DNA of 64,000 bases from Camelus dromedarius (Eukaryota), in NCBI RefSeq assembly GCF_036321535.1, contig NC_087436.1, forward strand, positions 101,062,001 to 101,126,000. The letters run 5' to 3'. Positions 53,790 to 64,000 of this stretch are shown in pieces (position 1 is the first letter of the stretch; every line of letters starts with the position of its first letter). The translations under genes and the position numbers were made by a program. Below the pieces are notes generated by a model, which was given only the letters and a program-made list of their open reading frames with translations, made no database searches and was not told the DNA's origin.

Positions 53790-54140
53790 TGCTATGGTCT
53801 GATATGTTTGTGTCTCCCCCAAACTGACACACTGGCATCCTGACACTCAAGGTGATGGTGTTAGGAGATGAGGCCTTTGGAAAGAGATTAGGTCATGAGG
53901 ATGGCACCTTCATGAATGGGACTAGTGCTGTTACAAAAGAGACCCTACAGAGCTTCCTCGCTCTTCCTGCCATGTGAGGATACAGTGAGAAATCTGTGAC
54001 CCAGAAGAGGGCCCTCATCCAACTGTGCTAGCACCATGATCTCAGACTTTCTGTCTTCAGAATTGGAATAAATAAATTTCTTCTGTTCATAAGCTACCTA
54101 GTCTGTGATATTTTATTATAGAAGCCCAAACAGACTGTCA
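53790..54140 (+). mobile_element. MLT1A0 MaLR solo LTR
   Basis: tgctatggtctgatatgtttgtgtctcccccaaa...attaggtcatgaggatgg...aataaatttcttctgttcataagctacctagtctgtgatatttt. TSD caatc / gaatc. Confidence 0.92.
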
Positions 54141-55299
54141 GAATCATTACTTTAAAAAAAAAAAAAGTACCCAACTCAGTTTCTTAGGACAGAAAGAAGG
54201 TAGCATCATAATTCTATTCAGTGCTATTTCTAAAAGATACCCTTCACATACATGGTCTTATTTTAATCTTACTGATGTCTTTATCTCAATGTCACAACTG
54301 AAGCAACTGAAGCTCAGAGATGTTAAATAATCTGGCCATTTAGTCTCCAGTGATTTACCTTGAGGTAAGCTGAAGTCCATTTGCCCTTCATGCTAGAGGC
54401 AGAAAACCATGAACACTCTTCTCTTCAGTTACCTTATATGAACGTTCCCAAGCAGAGTATGTCTTATGTCATGGTGTTTGAAAAACAAGATTTTTAGAGT
54501 GTGGTAAATTTGTGTTTGAATTCTGACTCTGGTATTTAACATATAATTTTTCCCAAGGTCATCTATTTAGTAATTGGAGGAATTGGGTTCCAAATGAGGT
54601 GAATCTGATTCTTAAGCCCAAACTTAAGCCATTGTAACATTATGTCTCCAAAGGAATCCCTCCACTAACATCATCTGTGTGGTACTTCAGCATAAACACA
54701 CACACACACATACACACATTTACTTTCTTGGTCTCATAAAAGAACTGAAGGAAAATTGCAAAATCATGAAGAACATGTTTCTCTCCCTAAACAAGACTCT
54801 GCATTTCCAAAAGCAATCTTAGGGTCACTTTATAAGGATTTCCAGGGAAGAATCACTTGGCTTTATCCAATATCTCCATCAGCCAGAACGAAAGATAAAT
54901 CAGAAGTAGAAACCAGACAAACCTAATGTTTCTTTTTGGCAGGCAACTGAAGAAAATGCAGGAAGTCAAGGAAAAGCAGCACAATGGCAGGTGACACTGC
55001 GAGAAAACCAAGAGGGTCACATGGAGCCCACACAGAGTTACCAGGTGGAGAGTCAACTGGGGAGGCAACGTCTGGGTATGAAGGACAAGCAGCCAGTGGG
55101 CATGCGGCTAGGCTGGTAGCAATGGTGACTGCCCACCCATGGTGGCGGGCCATGATATAGGCTCCCAGTCCCTCTGAAGCCTAGAAAAAGCAAAGTCATG
55201 CCTCGAATACAGATGCCAAGGGTAGCAACCTAGCTAAACAACTGAATACAAAGCAAGGAAGTAGAATTAGACATTCCAGTAACCCCACCCCCAAAAAAA

Positions 55300-55435
55300 C
55301 CTGATTTCTAGACCTGACTCTGAATGGATTCAAGACAAATCACTCAAGATTTCTGAGTCTCAGTTTTCTCACATATAATATGGGATGAGACTAAATTATC
55401 CCCAAAGCTATTTTTAGTGCAAATAGTCTACAGTT
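55300..55435 (+). mobile_element. MIR (MIRc/MIR3-like)
   Basis: gacaaatcactcaagatttctgagtctcagttttctcacatataatatgggatgagactaaattatc. Confidence 0.75.
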
Positions 55436-56454
55436 TGCTCAGAGGAATGAGAAGAGCAGTTCTTAAAACTGAAGGTGGAGTGAAGGGAAAAATCAATATC
55501 AAAGCAGACTCAATGCTTAGCCATCAAGTTATAGTTTAAAAGCCCTTCCTGTTTCTGCCATGAAGACAGCAGAGATCCGGGAACACCGTGCCCTCCAACA
55601 ACAGATAATATGTATTCGCATCAGGAATACCTTCTCGGTTGAGGTCTTCACACAAAAGAAGTGTCATTTAATTGTACTTGCAATAACACAGGGTTATATC
55701 AGAAGATATAATAGCTGTTGTCTGTGGAGAAAGACACATTGGAGCTGTATAAAAACACAGGTAAGAAAATGATAAAGGACCTAGGAAAGAAGGGGTACCC
55801 AAAGGAAGCAGAGGAGACGTTCTTTTGCAGAATAAAGGAGATTATGCTACAGGCAGAGTAACGTTACAGAGAAAGGCTAGGGACCTCACAGAATTTTAAC
55901 TTTCAAAACAACGATTGTAACCTGAAGCCACAAAGTATAGACCTAGGTTTCAGACTAACAGACATGTCTGTGCTCACAGAAGATGGAGAACCTATTCTGC
56001 CTTGGATTCAAGGAATAGAAGTTACAGAAGAAATAGCAGAGAAGAACAGCTCTTTAAGAGCGTGCAGCTTGAAGAGGAGGAGGTCAATGTGGAGGAGGGT
56101 GGTAAGTGGAAAAAAAACATCAATGCTTTGAATGTAGTGAATTAGCTCCCGCTCCCTCAGGACAATTAACAAGGTTCTATTTCACACGTGAAGAAAATGA
56201 AATCCCAAAAAGTAACAAAAAAATGTTAAAATAATGTAGCTAGTAAATTTTGAATAAGCAGAAGTGATACATCTGTAAGTAGCCTAATCGCATGCACAGG
56301 CACATATTACAGTCCAAGTATGTCACTGCTATTACTAAAACAGAATCCTTTCAACTGCTGAAAATCTGGCCTGTGGTACCTTGGGCAGTCAGAGGGAAGA
56401 AGGCTGAAAGTAATGTGAAACGCACAGAAGCCCTAAGTTATCAGCGTCTACCTG

Positions 56455-56590
56455 TACTGAGAGTCAGGACACCCAAGTTGTGATCTCGCAGCTAGCCTGC
56501 CATGATCCGTAAGATCTGGAGGAGATTGTCTCATCTTTAAAATAAAGAAGTTAAACTAACATGATTCTTCATTATAAGAGCCTCTGATCT
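56455..56590 (+). mobile_element. Degenerate MIR
   Basis: tgagagtcaggacacccaagtt...tctcatctttaaaataaagaagttaaactaacatgat. Confidence 0.5.
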
Positions 56591-58204
56591 CCCCAAGCAT
56601 GGTCTTTGGTGGTGGGAGCGGAGGCAGGCAGGAGGGCAGAGGTAGTCCTCTCCTATACATGTGCACACGACTGCTAAAAGGCCAAGTTTCACCTAACAGT
56701 ATGGTGTCTTGAAGGCCAGTTTTCCATATGGCCCTTTCAATTAGAAAAACACAGAGATCCCCATGCTATTTTTCACCACCCACAAACTACAAGTAAATGA
56801 ATGCTTTTACTAGGAATGGAATGTTAAAGGCAAGTAAGTATTGACGAGACGAAACAATGTTTAAACAGCTTCATTTTTGAATCTATAAAGAACCTAATCT
56901 GATTTCTCCAAAGGGCTCACCCTCAGCAGTGTACTTTTCCATTTTATAATTAGTAATAAGAAGAAGTCTTGAAGAAAGAAAATAGTATTTCCAAAACCCC
57001 AGAGTGAGGGCCAGTTTATCAGCTAGCTAAGATAGGACAATTTTAATTGCATGTTTAGGTCATTGGCTGTAACTGCTGATAAGCTGTTACTATGAAACTC
57101 CCTAAGATCAATAAAGAAAATGTTAGAAGGAGAGAGAAGTTGTAAATGGAAATGTTAAGAGATTCTTAACTATGCTGTCTTAAATGCTACTGTTGGAATA
57201 CACACTGAACTTTAAGCATGATTTAGCAGAACTCTGAAAAGAAAGACCTCTGAACCACAGCTCTTATTTTCAATTGTACTGAAAGCTAGCAGTGCTGTGT
57301 TTATGCCAGACTAATTTAGTCAAGAGTAGAAGTATTCATTTAGGCACACAGCCCTCATTGCATCTGTCCTCATCTGAAAAGAAAAACTAAATGAAAAAGG
57401 AAGGAATGCACTTTGCTATAGAAATCTTTAAAAATGTCCAAAAAATCATCATTTAGTATGCCAGCATGGTGATAAATACACGTTAAAACATAATTGTGCA
57501 GAGAATTACTGATGATACATTATCTCTACTATATTTGTTTTCCAATTGGATGAAATAGTTGTTTATATAGAACACTTCAAATTTTAAAACGTATTTAGAG
57601 TTGCTACCTGCAAAGTTTACGATCAAGTAAAAATTTCAGATTGCTGCTGCTACACACACTAAAACTGTTCTAGAAGGCAGTTGATGTAGAGAAGGTAATA
57701 TGGTTGCACAGTTGCATAAGTTTGTGTTTATAGTGTATGTATATAATCCATTTTTATACAACTGGCCGTATGTACGTTTATTGGGAGGGAAGATAATACT
57801 GCTCATTAAAGACAGAGCAGGAGTGTGGCAAGCGAATTCATTAAATACATAGTAATAGCAGCAACATGGGAAGAGGTGTGCATTTTTCTCTTGAAAATTG
57901 TTTTAAAGTAATGCGCTGTCTTTATTGGTGTCACCTCTTAATCTCAAGTTCACATTGATAGATTGCTCGATTTAGAGATGCAACAGTAGTAGGAAATACG
58001 AACGAAGTAATAAAGGAAAGTGGGAGAGAGGAAAGAGTAAGAAGATACAATAGAAAAGGAAAAACTCTTTGCAAAATATATGATGTAATTCTCAAAAACA
58101 AAATAAAAATCTTGCTGTAGTTTATTTGTAAAACTCCTTTGTATTATTAAATCCACTATAAGATTAACTTAGAATCATCATTCTCAACAATAGTGATTTC
58201 CATC

Positions 58205-58345
58205 TAATAATTTCTAACTTATTATTATAATTTACTATATAAGTATTATAATTTATTATACGAAATATAATAATATATGACATATAATAAATACAGTGAA
58301 TATAATATATAATAAAATTATATATCAATTTATTATATTATGATT
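58205..58345. repeat. AT-rich low-complexity tract (TATAA-like)
   Basis: Seen directly. Confidence 0.85.
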
Positions 58346-58943
58346 TGAAATAGTAACTTCTAAGTTATTTCAACCTAAAATTTCAGCTAATAATTTCCAT
58401 TATACTTTGGAAAAAAGGGCCACAAAATCATCTTACATATGGACAAAGTCCAAGTTCACTTGGTTGGCTAAGAAAGTGATAATATAACAGTATACTGTTC
58501 ACATTTGCATTGTGCCTTTGTCTATGTGAAGGCAACCAAACATTTTGGCAAGTCATACATTAATGTGCGTGGGTGTGGGCAACAGTTCCTTCACAGGACA
58601 GCTGGATGTGTCCTATAAAGACGTTTCAGCCAAATGTTTATGTTAAAGCCTTCTGGTGTGAAGCCCATAGGAGGCCTGCAGCACAGCTAGTCTGAAGCAG
58701 CCCCTAACGCAGAAAGCTCAGTCTACTGATTGCAGGTTCTCACTCCTGCACGTTCTTTGAGCAAGAGGGTACATACAAATCTGCATCCATCATTTGTCAA
58801 TCCACCACATGAAGAAAAGAGGCAAAAGCATAAAGTCTGATAGTAGCCTTGTAAATTATAAACAGAATTAAAGAATTTTTGTTTTTACCTCTGCACTCTT
58901 GCCTTTTAAAAACCTGATTTCTACACAGAACTGGGAAATTAAA

Positions 58944-58968
58944 CACACACACACACACACACACACAC
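58944..58968. repeat. (AC)n microsatellite
   Basis: Seen directly. It explains the CVCVCV runs in the ORF track. Confidence 0.95.
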
Positions 58969-59029
58969 GTGTGCCCATGTGCCACATATTTTAAATAATA
59001 AAATATAGTCGTGCACATTTACCTTAAAA

Positions 59030-59240
59030 CAGTAGCTCTCAATGGAAGGTAATTTCCCCTCAGGGGACATCTGGCAAATTCTGGAGGTATTTTCGCTCTT
59101 CACAACTTGGGTGGCACTATTGTCGTCTAATGGATGAATACCTAGGATGCTACTAAATATCCTGCAACTCACAGGACAGCCAGGTGCAAAGAAAAGAATT
59201 ACCTGGTCCACGATGTCAGTGCCACGGTTGAGAAACACCG
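59030..59240 (-). mobile_element. MER20 hAT MITE, full length
   Basis: cagtagctctcaa...caggggacatctggcaaattctggagg...gatgtcagtgccacggttgagaaacaccg. TSD ccttaaaa / ccttagat matches at 6/8. Confidence 0.92.
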
Positions 59241-59479
59241 CCTTAGATATATTCAGACATTTAGCCACCACTATTAAGGAAAAATTTAGTGAGTTGATAA
59301 ACATTGTATCTGCTGATTAAGCTGATTAAATTATCTTTAAGATAATTCCAAGATGAAAACTCAATTTAAAAATAGAGCATTTCTAAAGCACCTTTCATAG
59401 TGTAGAATCAATTTCCAGTTTCACAGTAATCAAATAAGAATCATCCTGGTCCATGTTAACTTTATGCAGAACTGGGTTC

Positions 59480-59826
59480 TTTTCTTTCTTTCTTAAAAAA
59501 TAGGTTTTATTTCTTAGAGTAGTGTTGGGCTCACTGAAAAACTGAGCAGAAAGCACAGAGATTTTCCATACTCTTCCTGCCCTCCACATACACACACACA
59601 CATACATCTTCTCCTCTATTACCATCCCCCACCAGAGTGGTTACCTTTGTTAAAATCAATTAACACATTATTATTACCTAGAGTCCACATTTTACCTTAG
59701 GGTTCACCCTTGGCGTTGTACATTCTATGAGTTTGGACAAATTTATAATGGTGTGTATCTACCATCACAGTATCACACAGAATAGTTTCATTGCCCTAAA
59801 AGTCCTGTCTGCTCTGCCTATTCATA
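59480..59826 (-). mobile_element. L1MC1-like 3' end
   Basis: ccccaccagagtggttacctttgtt...ttagggttcacccttggcgttgtacattctatgagtttggacaaat...cagaatagtttcattgccctaaaa. Confidence 0.88.
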
Positions 59827-62031
59827 ATCATTTCCTGTGTTTTAAGGTTTTAAACATACCGCAAAGTGAGTGGTATAGTTTCATAATAAATTCATATATT
59901 GATTAGATGTATCATGAGGTTGGTGTAGGTTTTACTAAAAGAACTGTAACTCGGGCTCCACAAATGATGACAAGTTAATAAACGTTAAACAAGTATCCCA
60001 CAAATTTTCAAAGTTACATTTCTGCATCAAAAGAAACATCTCATACAAATATTTAAAGTAAACGTGACAGATGATCTTTCCATCCAATACAGCATCTGAT
60101 AGGCTTAATCTCCTGTTAAAAGAACCGATATGGATATGCTTTTAATGTGTTTCACCTTTTGAGACCAATGTGTAATAAAACCCTCAAATTAAGCAGATTG
60201 CATTTTAGCTTAGATAAACTAATAGCACAATTAGAGCACTGCATAATTCACCATTACTGCTCCAAGGGAAATCACTTAAGTATTTAAGCCCTTTAGAAGG
60301 ACTTCACTGATAATGACTATCTACAAAACTCCCCTGAAGATTAGTGGTCTTGGTGCCCATGGTAGGTGAAAAGAAGGTTGGGGGAGGGGCTATACGTTCT
60401 AAGATGCACTTTTAGTAGCCAGAATCACACAGGGTTTTGGGGTTTTTTTTTCAAAGGATACTTGCTGTGCTTCTCCCCTCCAGCCCACTCAAATGTGGAA
60501 GAGATGTGTCTTGACTAGTCCTACCTAACACTGATCATATGGAGCACAATTAGAACAACTGAATCTTAATTATTAGAAGTATTAATTTGCCCTTTTTCAA
60601 TATTGCCCACCACTACCCTGGAACAAGTTTGCTTATTTCATTAGTAGGGAAACTGACATATGCTCAAGTTATTTTTGAAACAAGGAAGGAATTTGTACTA
60701 CATATATTATATAGTATATATATTACATAATAATATATAAATACAAACACAAATGCAGATAATATGATTTTTGTGAATACTTGATTTGGGGAAGGAAATT
60801 TACAGGTTTAAGTTTCTATAACTTCTTTCCAAGTACCTTGATTCTACACTTATTTTAGAAACAACTATAGAAGTCTCTTAAAAAGCTAGAAAAGGCCAAG
60901 TATGAAATAAAAAGTATGCAGTGAAAGTCTATGAAAGTCAGTACTTATATATCTGGGACCCACAGAGTTCACAGATGACTGATTAGAATGTAACTATTTA
61001 TTTGAAAAGCTTATTATTCTGATAATTACAGCTAAGTATTTAAGAAAAAAAATCAAATTGTTTATCATACTTTTGTTTACCCCCATAGTGGTAATTTACC
61101 AATGGTGGGCTGTTTTTCTTTTTGTTTTTGCTTTTTTGATAACATTGCAAGACTCAGGATTGCTATACAGAAATTGCTAATTTTTCAGATCACACTGTTC
61201 ATGTTTAATTGATGTATATTTATCTAGTGAGAGCTAATACACACGTCCACATGCTACATACAGGAACCTAGTGCTTGGGAACCATCCACAATGTAGACTC
61301 AAAATGAACCACGTATGTAAATAAACTGATTTTCCCAACTTTTCACCTAAGAAAATTTCTGGACTTTGAAGACAAGAGAACCATACAGTGCAGTGACTTT
61401 TAACAGAAAATAGACTTTGGTTGTCAAGGTCATTCATCTGCTTCTGGATACTATGACTTCTTTTACAACAGAGACTTGCAAGAAAATCATCACAGTGAAT
61501 TACTGAGGTTTTGGAAGAATTTTAAATGCCTGGGCAGAGAAAAAGATTTTTTGTTACTAGGAGAAAGTGCAGTTGTAAACTTATTTGAACAGATTCTTGT
61601 GCTGATAAGAACAGGCTATTCTAACTTTGATGAAACGGTAAATTGCAATCCCAGCCCAAATGTACCACAAATCCCTAAAGGACAAAATCTAAAGGGCTGC
61701 AGGAGCAAGCTTGTTATTTAGATTATGTGTTAAATTTAGCTTGAGTAGGTTTTTGTTTGTTTATTTGTTTGTTCGCCTCATGTCTCACAGACCACAGGCT
61801 GAAAAAGGTGAAGACAAATCAGAAAATGTGACAGTCTTTGAAAATACTTGCTACATTCTCAACTGGAAGAATTATTTCTGTTTTATTTAAAGTCTCCGAT
61901 GCCTCCAAGATGGAAGGTAGATTAAAAGGTGCATGTCCAGGAAAAGGATAGGTAGAAATAAGATACAATAGACAGCCCAGCGGACATTCATAAACTGCTC
62001 CCTAACTGTGCTCAAGTTCTTAAAAAAAAAA

Positions 62032-62240
62032 CTATTCATTTATTTATTCAGTAAATATTAAGGCTCTACCTTATGTGAGTAGTTGAAATTGCTGCGGCTA
62101 CAGTATTGAATGACACAGACTCTCTCTCTTCTCCCGTGGAAGGATAAGTAGGGTTTGATACATAATAAACGTATAAATAAGCAAATTTCAGGGAGTAGTG
62201 CATACTATGCAAACAATAATACAGAGTACTGTGGTGATGA
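62032..62240 (-). mobile_element. L2a-like 3' end
   Basis: attcatttatttattcagtaaatattaaggctctacc...cagtattgaatgacacagac. Confidence 0.7.
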
Positions 62241-62484
62241 CCACCGCTACACTATCCAGCATGTTCCTCGCTGCCATCTCTCTCTTGATTCTTCCTCCAT
62301 AGAACCTTCACAGTGGTCTGCCGAATCATCAGACTTATAATGTCACAGACCTGCTCAAATGCTTTAACTGCCTCCTACAGAGCATGATCTAATATCTATG
62401 GTATTGCGGATCCTTAAAACCCACCTTCACCTCCAACCTCATATTACATAATACCAAGTGTACCACATCACATTGTATATAACT

Positions 62485-62700
62485 TTCATTTACTCATTCA
62501 TTCATCCACACATCCACCTACTCAAGAAGGTATTCATTGAGATGCCTAGGTGTGCTCCTGACACAAAGTTGAATTTAAATATTCATGGTTTCCTCCATTA
62601 CAAGACCTTAAAATCTGGTATAGAATACAGATATTAATCAGATCCCGCAAAGAAACTATCAGTTGCAAATGTGAAAAGTGTTTCAAAAGAGAGGAACATG
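62485..62700 (-). mobile_element. L2 3' end (host of the SINE insertion)
   Basis: tcatttactcattcattcatcc...tattcattgagatgcctaggtgtgctc. Confidence 0.65.
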
Positions 62701-62809
62701 GCGGGAGGGAAATAGCTCAGTGGTAGGGTGCGTGCTTAGCATGCGTGAGGTCCTGGGTGAATCCCCAGTACCTTCATTAAAATAATTAATTAATTACATT
62801 TTTTGTTTT
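62701..62809 (+). mobile_element. tRNA(Ala)-derived SINE, camelid Vic-1-like
   Basis: A box tagctcagtggtag, gtgcttagcatgc anticodon region, B-box-like gggtgaatcccc, then an AT-rich tail. The 15-bp TSD aaagagaggaacatg (62686-62700) / aaagagaggaaaatg (62810-62824) differs at one base. Confidence 0.88.
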
Positions 62810-64000
62810 AAAGAGAGGAAAATGATATCAGAGTGAATAAAAAGGGATATGATCCCCAGAGGAAATGACAACTGGGCATCTATTGGTATGTATTTTTATA
62901 TGCTTTAATTGGGTGTTTTTATGTGTTCAATAAATTTCTGCACTCCTCAAGGGCAGGTTATTTCTGGGTTCCTAACCTAGTACATAGAGCGCCATATACA
63001 GTATCACAAGTGATAAAGGAATTCTTCCAATGGGTTTATAGCTCTTCCTAACATATTATATAGGTAGCTGAGATTATTATTAAAAGCAGAGGCAAAAAAC
63101 CAAAGCTCAGTTTTTATTATTGTCAAGTTTGTTTTCCACATTGAGCTCTCTCCTCGGAGCCAATCATGTGACCAATGGCCTCTGTCTTTCTCACTCCAAG
63201 CTTATGAAACCCTGATCTCTGACTTTGCATTCTTAAAGAAAATGTATTTACTGCTGACATCTTCTTATGGGTAAGGATCTTAAATACATAGATAGGAAGA
63301 CTTTCTGTTTGGCAATAGAGAACTCTAGAGAATATTAAACTTGCTTCATCTTTTTTTTTTTTTCTTTCCTTTTTTGCAGGTAGTAACCATTCCTTCGTAC
63401 GCACACTCTCTATCCCCAGGTGTTAGCCAAGACCCCCTGGAAATGATAAGGAGACAAAGACAATTTGGAGTTAGATAATTCTGACCTGGCCTAGTGTGGC
63501 GTTTGTTTATATTTTTATATTTCTGGGTATATGTATCATTTCACATTTTCACATATTCGAGGTTGGGGGTGGGTAACTTCAAACCCACATTTAGAGGTCA
63601 AACACTCAAGCTATCACCTATTTCCATCTATTTGTGTTCCCTGCTTAAGGCTGAAAATGTTTCAGCGAGATCATAAAATCACATATGTCAGAAAAGCAAC
63701 TTTCTTAGAATGTCTGGAGGGTGATGTTTTGGATAGATTAAACTAAAACATCATATCAAGGAAGTTGCTGGCCTGAAAAACATAATGTTCTTTTTAACTA
63801 GAAAGATAAAGCCCAGAGCTGCAGAACCAGAATGGCAGAGACATTTAATTTTTTTAATGTATAAACAATTTAGCTCCTTGAACTCATTATATCATGATGA
63901 AATTTGAGGAATCATGTTTTCCCTATAAAAACCTCTGGAAAAATCTTACTATGAAGAAAATCATGAAGTTATAAGGTAAAATATATGGCTTTTTTCATTG

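Noticed and set aside
54940..55160. Purine/GC-rich stretch with overlapping ORFs as an exon or retrocopy
   Set aside because: I recognise no homology and see no poly-A tail or TSD.
57854..57875. TAGCAGCA as a miR-15/16 family gene
   Set aside because: Only the 8-nt start matches, with no local precursor hairpin.
62701..62775. Functional tRNA-Ala gene
   Set aside because: The T-arm is altered (gggtgaatcc), there is no clean acceptor stem, and it has an AT-rich tail and TSD, so it is a SINE.
1929..63746. All ORFs in the six-frame track as protein-coding genes
   Set aside because: They are 60-141 aa with no recognisable domains. Many use non-ATG starts, overlap repeats or are F/L/K-rich from A/T tracts, as expected by chance.
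1..64000. CRISPR arrays, prokaryotic or viral inserts, NUMTs
   Set aside because: I saw no regularly spaced repeat-spacer structure, long ORFs or mitochondrial-like sequence.

Overview
This is AT-rich, CpG-depleted eutherian genomic DNA, most likely camelid. The main evidence is a tRNA-Ala-type SINE at 62701-62809 that resembles my recollection of camelid Vic-1, plus Cetartiodactyl-like L1 3' ends. I recognise no protein-coding gene, RNA gene or CpG island. Every ORF in the track is short and looks like chance, repeat-derived or low-complexity sequence, so the window is intergenic or deep intronic. It is a mosaic of ancient repeats (MIR, L2, MLT1 MaLR LTRs, MER20/MER58 hAT MITEs, L1MC/ME), a few younger L1/SINE insertions with visible TSDs, and unique stretches that look like conserved non-coding elements. 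The most unusual item is a 26/27-nt inverted repeat, with A/T-tract extensions, bracketing a 2.05-kb segment (32141-34195). Lesser leads are a microexon-like splice cassette (28217-28227), two hairpins, three GATTA/K50-homeodomain-rich segments, a perfect DR3 nuclear-receptor element and recurrent RFX X-boxes. Repeat subfamily names come from memory of consensus sequences, and boundaries of old repeats are approximate. I cannot claim a new biological system from the sequence alone.
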